64,000 nt of DNA. Source: Nemertoderma westbladi (Eukaryota; Animalia; Xenacoelomorpha). The notes under the pieces were generated by a model that saw only the letters and a list, made by a program, of their open reading frames with translations, was not told the origin of the DNA and searched no databases. The translations under genes were made by a program, and so were the position numbers. Positions within the stretch are counted from its first letter, which is position 1. The number at the start of each line of letters is the position of its first letter. Shown here in pieces: positions 50,413 to 63,470 of the stretch. The stretch is from positions 57,837 to 121,836 of the forward strand of contig JAUCBJ010000785.1 of assembly GCA_032718475.1 (NCBI GenBank), given 5' to 3'.

Positions 50413-51752
50413 CTGAAATTAAGTGAAATAGAACACTTGACTTCTAAAAATAATTAGGTGGAATTATGTAAAATATATTTTTCGGGTTCTTTACTTGCAA
50501 ACAATGCCTGTAAAAATCAATTGTACAACACACCCCCCCCCCCCCCCCCCCTCACTTGATACATTTTGGAATAATATAGGTAATTCTAATTGAAAGTTTT
50601 GTAAATATAAATTATATAATTTTTATAACATAAAAATATTAAAAACAACAATGGTATTTATTTATGTACCAGATCAAGTACCAGATCACCATCTAAACGG
50701 GGCCAACCAGTCTCTGCCATTTTTCAAATATTCTCAAACATCACCTTGAACAACTTCAACCGTACCATGTGTCTATTTATCATATCATTGTTGTAATGTG
50801 GAATGAATATGTTGCACATATCATAAAACACATGTTTGAACGAGTTAACGCAGCTCGATCGGCAATGCATGACAAAATTATCCAATATGATAGTAGTATA
50901 TTGTCATAATTAACATTCAAAATAATATGCAGGACAAACTAACTATAAATTTTCATCAGACATACATCAAAAACTTTAACATATTGGTTGTCGATACACA
51001 TTGGTTGTCTGACTGACCTAATACATACTAGATACATCCAGTAAGCAACCGAGGGTGGACTCTCTATAGCCGAGGGGCACTTAGATAATAACTAATAATC
51101 ACGAACCCCGTCCTCTTATAATATACACCTAACTCTGCAGTAGTCGGTAGTAGTAGTAATAGTAGTTAGTAGTGGTAGTAAGTACTTATAAAGGATATGA
51201 GTTTAAACCAAAGTGATAAAGTAACATTATTATATAACATAACCATATAGACAAAGTAGAATAAGATACGGATTCATAGTTATTTTATCAAACTCATGTA
51301 CTACTTACTTCAATGTGCCAATTGTAACAATAATTAAACATATTATTCTGATTAATCTGCGTTTGGCCCCATAAAATATTATACTGAAGGGTTTTATATC
51401 AATATATCCATGCGAGTAAACAAGAAGTGAAGTAAATGTTTATTATTTTAGTTTTAGAAATTGAGTAATATACCCAAGATAGTGAAATAGATAATATACC
51501 AGAAATTGCCATTTGATCAGATGTATCAAAGCGGCGTCTTTAGTATAATACAATTCACTCTGTTATACAATGTAAATATACTAAATGTATTTATAAATAT
51601 ATTATGAGCCCTACATTATATATTTATCCTACAGGTAGACAATGTAGTATGTTAAAACTTGATATAATTTGGTATAATGTATAACATATTAAAAATAAAA
51701 ATGAGGCAGCTAAACTATATTGCAAATAAATCAAATATCCTAAAGTAATATA

Positions 51753-53719
51753 CTAGACCCTCCCTCCACCCTATAAATAGTGTTCACCACCTACCCCACC
51801 CACCGCCCTTATTACTTCATTATAATGAAAGATAGTACTGGCGCTCCGGTCACTCCGTTCCCTCCGCTGGGGGGGTTAAGTAGTAGGTTCTGACACTATG
51901 CAAAATCCGAGCACAGAGTTAGAAGCGCATTGGATAGGCAAACATTTCTTGCAGTGAAAGTATTTCCATATCTGTTATAGTTTTCGAGATAGTCAGACAT
52001 GAGTAGCTAAAATTTGAATTTTTTTTCGGTAAAGTCTGATTTCACCGGTACCTGTCATCCGAAATATGGATTGTGATATATCGTTAGATGCGGGTTTACT
52101 AACTGTACATTCACATTTTTTCAAGAAAAAAATTCGATCAAGGGTTTTCGAAATATTTTCTAATTACCGGAAGCAGACTTTGGACGATCATATCTCCGGT
52201 ACCGGTAGGCCTAATGAGTCGAAATTTTTTTTAATCTACCTAGAACACTTCAGTGAATGTTTTTTAGTTTGAAAGTTTTGCCCCAAAATGCTCAGAAGTA
52301 ATTTCGAAAAAACTGATCATTTCGCGATCATGATCTTTTGACCCCTTAGAATTGAACTTTTTTATGGTCAAATTTTGGCTACCCCCCCTAATTCGAGGGT
52401 GAGGAATCTTTTTGTAATCTTAAGTTTTTTCATACGGTGAACTCACAGGACTTGGTCTTCGAAATAAAACCGAAAACATGATCTTTCCTGATCGCGGAAA
52501 ATCGGGAAAAACCAAAAAACACGATCTTTTATGATCAGGAAGCTGATCTCGAGAACCGGTTGACCGATCGAGCCAATTTTTTTTTAATCAACTCAGAATA
52601 GACCATTGAACATTTCTTACAATGAATGTTTATTAGAAAAATGCTTAGATTCGATTTTAAATAGACTGATCTTTTCGCGATCATGATCTTGAGTTTTGAC
52701 CCACTAGACTTGAACTTTTTTATGCCCAAATTTTGGCTACCCCCCATAATTCGAGGGTGAGGAATCTTTTTGTGATGTTAAGTTTTTCCATACGGTGAAC
52801 TCCCAGGACTTGGTCTTCGAAATAAAACCAAAAACACGATCTTTTCTGATCGCGGCCTGATCAAATCACTTTTTGAAAATTTCGAAATGCTTAAAAGTTG
52901 CCCCTTCTTATTAGAAGTCGATTCGTAAAAAAAAACCGGGGGTCTCGAACAAAGTTTTCGAGAAAATTGGAACAAACCGAAAAATATGATCTTTAATGAT
53001 CAGGTATCAGATCTCGAGAACCGGCTGTCCGATCGAGCCAATTTTTTTTTTTAATCGACTCAGGGCGGTGTTCTGAACGTTTCCTACAGTAATTGTTTAT
53101 ATCCAAAATGCTTAGTTACGATTTTACGAAGTCCGATCTTGACGCGATCATGATCTTGCGTTTTGATCAGGAAGAATTCACTTTTTTTTAAATCTTTTAA
53201 CGGGAATCATGACTAATGTGGGGTCGCTGAATCTTTTTGTAATGTTAAGTTTTTCGATTGGAGCAAGCCTTGAGTGTCCGATTGCTGATCAAAACTGATC
53301 TTTGCTGATCATGGTCAAGATCATGATCTGATCGCTCCAAAAAAAGTTACCTGAATGTAAACCCATATGCTGCCTATCGATTGGCGCCGGTCCCAAGTCC
53401 GTAGCATTAGCGGTTCTGGACTTATACGCATAGCAACGCGGTTGCTAGGGAGGCTGACTTTTTGACTCAAATTGGCCCTAGCCGGAGAACCGTAGACTTT
53501 TTAAACGTAATGTATATGGGAAAAAGTCTTCTGGATAAATTTTGGGGGGGGGTCTAGGAACATCCTATTGTTCGTTTTCGCTTAGTTGCTGAGATCCTCT
53601 CGTCCCAACAATTCCAGGATTCTATAAAGGCATTCTGCTGGACTAGTTCCGTGGCCGGAATAGTGTTCGGTGTTCTGCGAACAGAGAACCTAATCGGTTT
53701 AGGGCCGTGACCGTCTAGT
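51753..53719. mobile_element. HINE/Helitron-like non-autonomous element with internal 350-470-bp repeats
   Basis: ACTAGAC...GTCTAGT ends; subterminal cggtcac/gtgaccg inversion; cgcgatcatgatctt blocks repeated at ~52322, 52676 and 53143. Confidence 0.55.
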
Positions 53720-54454
53720 TAAAACATTAAATCATCAGTTAGCTTAAACATTTTTTTTAATAGTTTGCTTGTTTGAGTAAATAAATGTAATTAATAAATT
53801 TCAAGTATTATTAATTGTTAATATTATTGTTATAATGTTTTTAAACATCCATTTGGCACCCATCACCGATATTACTTCTTCGATTTTATGGCCAAAATAA
53901 ATTAATTTGTGTTATTTTCGATGCTGATCACGATTATAGAACCCAAATATATATAAAGCCCAAATATAAGCGCAAACTTTATCGAAGAGTTTAAATTGTC
54001 ATTACAGGAGAACCAATCTATGAAGGATCCAAATACATATTTGAGACCGTTTTGGGCCAAAAAGTTCTGAAATCATGTTGAAATTTGATTTATGTGCAGT
54101 CCAGACCATAAGCCACACGTATTTTTTTTTAAATTGAAAATCCTATTTCTGGAGAAGGTGTCACATAAGTGTCTGTTCATTGTTTGCATATTTTTCTTAG
54201 TTCTATGTGACTTCTACTTAACAAGTTATGGGGAAAGATATTGAAAAATTAGGCCTATCGCGAGAGAAATACGGTTCATTTTTCATTCAAAGTATCATAG
54301 AAAGAAAACTTTTCAATGAAACGTAAATAAAAATATTCAAATACTTCTCACATGAATTATCAAAGATAAAGGTATAGAAATCAGTTCAAAAATATAGATT
54401 ATATTTCAAAATTGGAGATCTGTGATGTTTTAATACACTATTATTTTCATTATT

Positions 54455-54698
54455 CATGGTAAACATGGTAAACATGGTAAACATGGTAAACATGGTAAAC
54501 ATGGTAAACATGGTAAACATGGTTAAACAAGGTAAACATGGAAAACATGGTTAAACATGGTTAAACAAGGTAAACATGGTTAAACATGGTAAACTTGGTT
54601 AAACATGGTTAAACAAGGTAAACATGGTTAAACATAGTAAACATGGTAAACATAGTTAAACAAGGTAAACATGGTTAAACATGGTAAACATGGTAAAC
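54455..54698. repeat. 9-10-bp tandem repeat (CATGGTAAA / CATGGTTAAA), about 26 units
   Basis: Directly visible; no unique spacers. Confidence 0.95.
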
Positions 54699-54727
54699 TC
54701 ACAAAATAAATAACAATAGTCATAATT

Positions 54728-56725
54728 TGTTACGATATATGGCGCTGTGTACCAATATTAGCCGTTATACAGTATAATCATTTAGATAAGCCATAATGAC
54801 GCGCAATTATATTTAGATAAGGTAAATAAAATGCCCATATTTGTGAATTTTATCCATTTTGTACAGTATGTAGTCCTACCTATGTAATTTTGTAGTAAAA
54901 TATAAATAAATAGTTCTACGGTAGCAAGTTTCCTATAAAACACTTGATGTAAGCTTGCTGTTATTAGTATCAATAGGACTAACTGTATATTTGCTTTAAT
55001 TTCCATTATATTTGCGCTAAATTAGATTTTATGTACCATGCTTTTAGTACCGCTAAATTAAGCAACGCCATTGTTACCATATATGGTGGTATATTGTGAT
55101 TCTGAGGGGGAATAGGTTCACAATCCGGCTTCCTTATTGGCCTAGCTGCTTCCAGGTTGGTCTAATGGTAGCGCGGATTGGTGAACCAATCAGAGGATTA
55201 TTGCATCATCCTCGATGAATCACATATAAATTGGCTGTATTTCCGGTATGTGCATCTCAGTCTGTGCATAATCTCTCATTCTGTATCCACAGTTTCTGTC
55301 TTTGATTCTCAGTTTATCTATAATTGCTCTACAGTTTGTTTCTTGCAATAATTCGCAAATTTGTAATTTCTGCTTTATATTTTGCTGTGTTTCTTAATCA
55401 ATCTTGATGGTTACTGCAAATTACAATCCGGACTATGATTTCTACCCTTTTGATTAATGGTTCTATGTGATTTAAGATGCGATAATCCCACGGGATTTTC
55501 TTTAGACTGTCAGACTGTTTTTGATTGCATGCGCCGTTATGGTAGCTATTCACTCTAATGGAGGGCTAAGATACCGGTACGCGCGGCGGGCGCACAGGGG
55601 GGTAGCGACGAAGGGAGTGCAGAGGATTCAAAAGCGAGCAACGCTGGCGGGGGATCGCCGTTGCGGTCGGAAGGCTAGCAGTGTAGACAGAGGCCAGTAG
55701 CCGGTACAGTAATTAGGGGGCTGACGATCCAGATTTTGTCTCTATTTTGTAATGTTAGGGGGGCGGGAATTGGGTTAGTTAGGAAGCCTATATGTACCCG
55801 GGAGAGGCCTTCGTATCTTACACTGCAAACTGTACATTGAGAACTGCTAACTGTTAAGTATTGGCTATTGATTGTTACGCTGATTTGTGTATTGCTAAAG
55901 TGTGCCTGATTAAATTATGAATGCTTAGATAGGCGCCCTTTTCTCTTGATTGATTTCTATTTCTTAGTTTACGATAAATAATTACTGATTAGGTCAAAAA
56001 TAATACGGTATTTAGGCTGTTACTAGTGTCACCCAGTGCGTAATTAATTAGAATTGCGCATTCTGGAACACTTAGTAATTAGTACACTGTTTCATATTTG
56101 TGACTGTAATTAATTAGTAAAATTAAGAATTTGTACGCAGCATAGCGGAGAGTAGTTAAGGTAATTATTTGGAGTAGTGTAAACTATTCACGCTGGGTGG
56201 TTATTTGAAAATAGCGGGCAATAAGCTAGATAGCAGTATCCAGTACGCAGTAGTAAGTTGCTGGCCTAAAGCCAGCCGAAGGCAAGTTTAGACCCACAGT
56301 ACCAGTCCCGATAGGACATTCTGTCACACTTTGAGTTATTTAAACATTCTCACATTCATGTATTCCGTTAGGGAACCCCAGTATTTACAATTAGAAAAGA
56401 CGCATTTATTTGCGTGTTTTAACAGTAAGATTAGGTGATAAGAGAACACTCTGAGTGTAAACCTCTCCCACACTCGTTTTAAGTAGCCTAGGGAGCCGTC
56501 TCGGGTTTATTGTTTTGGTTCTTCCCGTGTGGCTCATAGATTCGAACAGTTAGCTCTCTATCGAGTGATCGGTAGAGAAAGGAACAAGCGATTTGCAGGA
56601 GCCGTATAAAATTAGTAAAATATATTAGCAGACGGCAGGTTAGTGCCATCCAGCGGTAAGTAGCAGTTTTGTGTTTAGCAGTAGTGCAGTAATAATAGCG
56701 CGCTCCTGATCGCCCCTGTTTAACA
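54728..56725 (+). mobile_element. ~2.0-kb solo LTR
   Basis: TGTTA...TAACA inverted termini and 5-bp TSD TAATT (54723-54727, 56726-56730); CCAAT boxes, TATAAA (55225) and TCAGT (55257); no ORF. Confidence 0.75.
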
Positions 56726-59700
56726 TAATTGCCTACTACTCCTTATTTATGACTGCAATGCGGTATTTTGCCGGAAGCTTGAAGATGGCTTAACAAAATG
56801 CCCTGTTATTCAATAATCATAAAACAACTGCCTTCTATATCAAGATTGGATGCTCTTTTATGTCAAATTATCCATTTAAGTCTGAAAATTTACAGAAATT
56901 GAATGCAAACAACAATCTTCATCATATTTATCAATCAATACAAATACAAATAAAATTCATATTTCGTATTAATATAGCTCCTTCCCCGTACCTGGTTCGC
57001 TTACTGTTACTAAATTGAACTGTAAGTCAAAAACTACTCAGAATTTTTGAAAACGGTTTTCATCCCCTATAGAATTATATCCTCACAAAAGCCGTGAAAT
57101 TTCAAAATTTTATTTAGTTGGAATTAATTTGCATTATTTGATAGGTTCATATGTTATAAGATTACATTAAGTTCTCATTTGCATTTGGTATAGCTATTTG
57201 TACAACATTATTCAAGTGGTTCAGTAGCTCAGTTGGTTATGCGTTAGAAATTCGTTTGATAGGTATCGAGTTCAAATCCTAGCAGGTGTAAATTGTTTTT
57301 TGTGCCAATTTTCAACTTATTTGAATTGACCGCTATGATTGAATTGTATCTGCTCAAGGTAGATTAACCAATGTAATTGCAGTTATCTGACAGTAACCAA
57401 TGTCGTGCAAGTTATGTGTTTGTTGGACCAATGGTTATCTTTAAAAATGTAATGGAACCTATAGAATGATCTAGATTTGTCTAGATTATTGGCAGCACTA
57501 ATTTACTATATAAAGGTGCGTTCGTGCAATTAGTTATCTCATCTTCTTGATTCATTTACATCTACTAAATGTATTTCACTTCTTAGATTATTCACTACTT
57601 CGTCATAATTTGTATTTTATTTCGTAATTTTTGTTCGTTATTTGTAATAAAGTTAGAATTATTGTTACATCTGTTTTAACATGATTCACCACGGTGAACC
57701 CAACTGAGGGACAGATGGCAGGCTAAGCAGCGGGCCGCAGCAATGAACGGGAACATCGGCGGAATGTAGAAAGGAGACCACCCACAATATTGATTTATAG
57801 TTCTTCGCCCATCGCCTGAAAGGTTAGACAGCGTTTGATGCCTTGCTACATAAGTGTAAGACCTGAGATCAAAGGTAGACGTAGTGACACGCTGTGCGCC
57901 AAAATTTAAATTTAGGAACTGTACTGTTTTGATTCTGGCAGAACCCGAGGTATTCCTTCACATTCCTATGGGGGGAGATAGAAGAGAGAGAGAGAATAGA
58001 TACAGGTACACAGATAAGGACGCAGGCACACCATTACGGGGCATGCACATTGGTAGGATACATCAGAACTGTACGCCTAACTTATTTGCCGTGTATAGGT
58101 GCGCTTGTGGCTTATTTTGTAGTACAACGGTGTCCATTGCTTGTATTGGAGTCTGTAGGCCAAGAGAAAGTTACCGTGTCTTGTCTGAATCAAGATTGTA
58201 CCGTTCAGGCGGTTGGGCAGTTTATTGTGCTAGGCGCATTACAAATAGGGCTATTTGGGATACTAACACCTACCGTGTCCCCGCCGACATCCTGATAAGA
58301 AGTTGCCACGCCCACCTAGGCTACCAAAATTCTAGATAGGAGACCAGGCTAGCTATTGTAACTGTATGCCTACTGTAGTAAACTAACACATTTCTTTTTA
58401 GTATTAGGGACCTGGTAGATTTAAATTGCCGAATTCTGGCCGTAGTTACTAACCTTATGCCTGAATTTGAGTCCTGGAAATACACAAAGGGGGAAGGAGC
58501 CTTATCATCTGTGAGTATTAGACCTACAGACCACAAAATTTGAATATTTGTAAAATGCATACCGGACCCAGTAAATTATATAATATGAAGGAGTACAAAA
58601 CAAAAATTTGATTGTAAAATTCAACACACACGAGTTTAGGAATTATTTACACCTCGAAATATATAAAATAATTTTGTCCAAGCCGCAGTTCGTCCGCTAG
58701 TTAGATATTTAGCTAGCAACCCCCACCCCATATAAATCACACCGCGGCAAAGTATACGAACGCCTTTAGTCCGTCAGCAAGTCAGCATGATTGTTAGGAT
58801 TCGCTGCGCGGGATTTTGTATCATCGAAGTTTGTCCATTTGTAGACTGTTTTCTGCCTCACCGGTAAACGACACCGATACTGCAATAGATTCGCTTACTT
58901 AGAGTTTACTGTTTTGGTGAGAAGGTTGGATTTATGCTTTATGATTCACAGACTTTACAGTAGGATATTGCAGGATTCACATATAGTAGAGATGTGATTT
59001 CGGAATCTACAAGCAGTAGTAATAGGTTTGTAGATCTGGTCGATCAAACAGTAGGAATGTGATTATATTTTAACATATTCCAGAATGTGGTTATTTTAAC
59101 ATATTTCCTAAAACAGTAGGAATGTGTTATTTTAACACAGAATGTGTTTTACTGAACTATAGTTCAGTAGGACTAAAATTATTTTAGAAATTTTGTATTT
59201 TGAGGTAAAATTTGTATTTGATTAGCTAAGTGCAAATTTTTGAATAAAATTCATATTTTGAACCGTGTGTAAATATTTTGGAATTAAAATACCGGTGTTT
59301 AAAAGGGTTTAAATACCATATTGTACCGGTATAAAAATTTTTCGTAAAGTAAAACCAAACTCTTTTGTTTTTCAGGACTCAGAGCTCATTTCTAGACTGT
59401 AACGAGAGCAAGACCGTGTTTAGCAAGTTTGGGAGATTGATAACTCAACAATTTTGGTTGGGGAAAATCGCACTTCGTCCACAACGCTGCAAACGGAAAG
59501 GTTCACGTCCGGTTTGTATCTGGGAATCTGTTTTTCTGGAGAATTTTGGAGGTGGTAAGTTCGAAAAGTTGCATTAATCAGTTAGGCATTGCCGTATTAG
59601 TTAAAATTATTCTGGGTTCCACTGTCTCAAGTATTTGCATTCTGTACGATTTCTTTGTTTATTGCTGAATTAGTCCGTGTTATTTGTGTTTGATTTACAA

Positions 59701-59947
59701 TTTGATAACGTGTATCGATATCCGATTTATTTGTTATAAAATTGGCCGATAGGCTAATTTTATTATATACTTATACCGTGACATTTATTTGCTGTAAAAT
59801 TGGCCGGAAGGCTAATTTTATCCATTTGCTAAAAAATCGGCCGGTAGGCTAATTTTATATGTTTGAATTATAATTAGTACCGTTTTATATAAATACGGTA
59901 AGTTTGATACTTGACACTCACATTTTACTTGACTTACAACTACCGAA

Positions 59948-62900
59948 ATGAGTGACAAACAGGACTATACGAAAAATAGACCTACCGACTATGACTCATG
60001 TGACGCGGATAAGTCAGTAACGGAAGAACCACAAGGGAAGACTTGCGAGCCTACCGAACCAACACCGTGTGCGTCACCAGTACATCCAACGGGAGTACCA
60101 GATGCCGTAGTGCGAGGCGACGGCAGGACCGAGGGTTTTCTAACTGTTCCACAGCCTAGATACAGGGAAACGGATATGGTTAGTTCAGTAGGAAGCCAAG
60201 AGAGCGTTGTTAGAAGCGTCAGAGGATACATGGCGCATATTACTAGGAGTATTGGAGAAGGCCAACGCATATTAAACGAGTTGACCGCTCCGATGTCCTG
60301 GTTCGAGTTTTACACCTTACAGGTTAGAGTACAAAGTAAGGTACATAAGTCCGTAAGTAACCTAATCAGTCTACAAGATCTAGCTAGACAAAGACAGGAT
60401 GCGGACACTCAGTTTAAGATCCTCGAGAAATTAATGATCGCTAGGGAGAAACTAATTCAGTTTAAGATGGCCATTAGACTGATACAACAGGAACAAGCGG
60501 ACCAGTTGCTAGGTGAGTCAGTTTCCGACGAATTATTGCAGCCCGAGGAAGAACAAGAACTGTATAGACTGGATGGACAATTGAAATATCTGATGGATCA
60601 CTTACGTATGTGCGGCGAAGATGTTGGAGATTTGGAAACCGTGCCGGAGGCTACGAGGGAAACTTCACCCGTACAGACCGAACTGGCACCGGGAATAATG
60701 GATCAATCACTGGTAAGTATTCGCAGCAAAATTGGCAAGGTGAGTATCATAACGTCAGAAATTTCTCGACAACAGCAACAGTTTTACAGACAACAACAAG
60801 AGATTGAGGAACAAACTTAAATTGCTGACAGTACAAGCGGCTGTAGAGGAGGAGAAACTACGGGTAGCAAATGTTGCGAGAATCTCTCATCTACAAGAAG
60901 CAGCTGAACTAGAAGCAGCTGAGATGGAAAGGTTAGAGTTAGATATTGCGCAACAAGCGGCAGCAGCCGAGTTAGCGCAACAAATGGCAGCAGCAGAGTT
61001 GGAGCGACAAAGGTTAGTTTCAGAAGTGAGAGTCGAAATGAAAAAACTGCAAATAAAGGCTCAATCAGCTATATGACTAGCGGAGTTTGAGGCGCAACAA
61101 CAACAAACGGAACAACGCGAGAAAGAAGTTAAACTTCATTTCGAACTTGAAAGGAAGGCGAGAGAACTATCCAACGCCAAGGAAGATCTAGAGCTTAAGG
61201 CCTGCGATCGATCGATGAGATCTCGAGACGGACACGATCTAGACAGGATAGGGGTAAGGCATCGCCAAATTCAGGAATGAATAAAGGAAGGAAGTGTAGG
61301 AGCACCTGAGAGAGGAGGAGAATTAGTTAATGAATTATGCCAATGATTTCCTCAAGTAACTCCTATGTTTGCACCAATTACGTCTAAAAAACCTGTTTCG
61401 ATTGCGGGTAGCAGCAATATATCTCCTATCCACGATGCGACGGAATACAGGTTTGTTATTCCGGACAAGTTTATATCGCCAAGAGCAACGTCATCGCCTA
61501 TTCCAAAAGTCAAGGTAAGTAATCCGCCAATTACGGACCGTAGTAGTTTATTAGCCGGACCTACATTACTGACGACTAAACAGGTGAGTCAACCTTCGAC
61601 ACCCAAACCTGTCACGCACTACGCCAACCCAACCGTGTTTAGACCTACAAGGCCTTTAGATTCAAACGCCATTCTGCGACCACACATTCAGTTTACATCG
61701 CAATCTACGACTTCGAGGAAGACTTGTGAGCCTACCGAACAACAGAGACCAGTAGATACGCGACCACTCAACAAGTTTACATCGCAATCTACGACTTCGA
61801 GGAAGACTTGTGAGCCTACCGAACAACGGAGACCAGTAGATACGCGACCACTCAACCAGTTTACATCGCAATCTACGACTTCGAGGAAGACTTGCGAGCC
61901 TACCGAACAACGGAGACCAGTAGACGATGTTTCGAAACGAAGTGTTAGAATTCGGACGACACCACGGACGCGAGCACGTCGGCCACCGTATCCAGGTGAT
62001 AGTAGCACTTCGAGCGAATCGGATTATCCGGAACGTGAGGTGTTTAGAACAGGGGCGGCCAATCAATGCAAACGTGAGCGTTCAACAAATTCCTTTATAA
62101 ATGATCCTCCACAAAATACACCAACACAGAAAGCGTTACAACCAACAGACGCGATCAGTACTCAACAATTCGCCGATCTAATGTGACCAGTTGTTAACAA
62201 GTTGGCCCAGATTGAGGAACGTTTGGAGGAAGCTCAAACCGATAGTTCGAGAGTAAGTATGGAATTCGAACACACCAGACACCCGAAGGATCCGCAAAGG
62301 ACGGTACCCTCAGGAAATACTTTGTATCCGAAAAGACGTACAGGACAGGAGAAAATCAATTCGATTGCCACACAAGGACTCGAAACTTTGAATGTCGCTG
62401 AAGAGATAGCTAAATTCGCAGCCAGACAAGGACTACCAGTGCAGCAACCACCAAAGTTCTCCGGTAATTCTAAACATTGGCATACATTTGTGGACTATAT
62501 TGAATCTCAAATCGCAGCCTGCGCTTTTACATCGAGAGAGAAGTTTAATTATCTGCTTCAAACACTGACGGGAGAACCAAAACGTCTAGCAGAGACCTTT
62601 GTCGGTGTACCAGACGCCTTTGAGTTGGCTTATGATCGCTTAACTTCGATTTACGGCGGTACAGTAAGTATGGCCAAGTCGGTAATAGAAGAACTCTGTA
62701 AAGGGGGAGCCATTACCAAACCTGTGGACTTACTGAAGTTAGCCGACGAAATTAAGAATGCCATTACGACTTTACGATCAATCGGACAACTAGATTACGC
62801 AAACACTCCTACAGTCCTATTGAAAATAATTGGAAGACTACACCATCGACTTCGTAGGGAGTGGAGAAAGATTGAATACCAGCGAGAAGAGACTGGTGGG

Positions 62901-63470
62901 TTTTTAAGGTTAGAAGACGTTTACCTATTAATATCCAGGGAAGCAGTGGTCGAAACTCCGTCGAACTACACCGACCAACATATAGTAGCCGAGGGGATAA
63001 CATTGCCATCTTCTAACTGACAGAAACCACAGACGACATCCACAAGGACGGTCACTTACGCCACACCGACAGAAACCCAACAATTTTCCGACGGTTATAA
63101 AGTGTCCGCACCAATAGGGATCAAACAGAGCAGACAGCAACTAACTGCCGACTTCAGCGGTTGTCAATACTGCGAAAGAATAGGTAAGCGGCATACTAGT
63201 CATAAATTGAGAGGATGTAGACTATTCCGTGAGTTAAACTCTGAAGAACGATGGCTACAAATACGGCCATTAGATTCTTGTTGGAGGTGCACACAACACG
63301 GACATGTCCGTAAAGATTGTCCAAATACAGACACCTGTCCTTCTTGTGGACGCAACCATGACGCGTTACTAGGGAACCCAGAAGCTTCACCAGGGAACAC
63401 CCAGAAGCAGCCGCAAAATGTAATGCTGCATATAAAACACGAGAATAGAAAACAACACCAACCTTTGTGA
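59948..63470 (+). pseudogene. gag: BEL/Pao gag with long N-terminal extension; one frameshift and several in-frame TGA stops
   Basis: PKFSGNSKHWHTF...EKFNYLLQTLTGEP; knuckles CQYC...HKLRGC, CWRCTQHGHVRKDC and CPSCGRNHDALL. Confidence 0.9.
61690..61925 (+). repeat. 84-bp coding tandem repeat, ~2.8 copies, in gag
   Basis: FTSQSTTSRKTCEPTEQ.RPVDTRPLN repeated. Confidence 0.92.

Noticed and set aside
54455-54698. Regular repeat array as a possible CRISPR
   Set aside because: Contiguous 9-10-bp units with no unique spacers and no cas genes, in a eukaryotic context. The same applies to 42805-43005.
57218-57289. tRNA-like sequence with A and B boxes
   Set aside because: Acceptor and anticodon stems do not pair; likely a SINE or tRNA remnant, not a functional tRNA gene.
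57682-57700. TGATTCACCACGG after TTAACA as a tRNA PBS of the second BEL element
   Set aside because: Does not begin with TGG and I cannot match it to a tRNA 3' end; it remains an alternative LTR boundary, not a supported PBS.
57884-58339. 151-aa ORF upstream of gag
   Set aside because: Non-ATG start, no recognisable motif, and located within the inferred LTR/leader.
60804-63470. All in-frame stops in gag are TGA, suggesting stop-codon recoding (Sec or Trp)
   Set aside because: More simply explained by CGA-to-TGA and TGG-to-TGA decay in a dead, probably methylated copy; it also has a frameshift, and the host gene here uses TGG for Trp.
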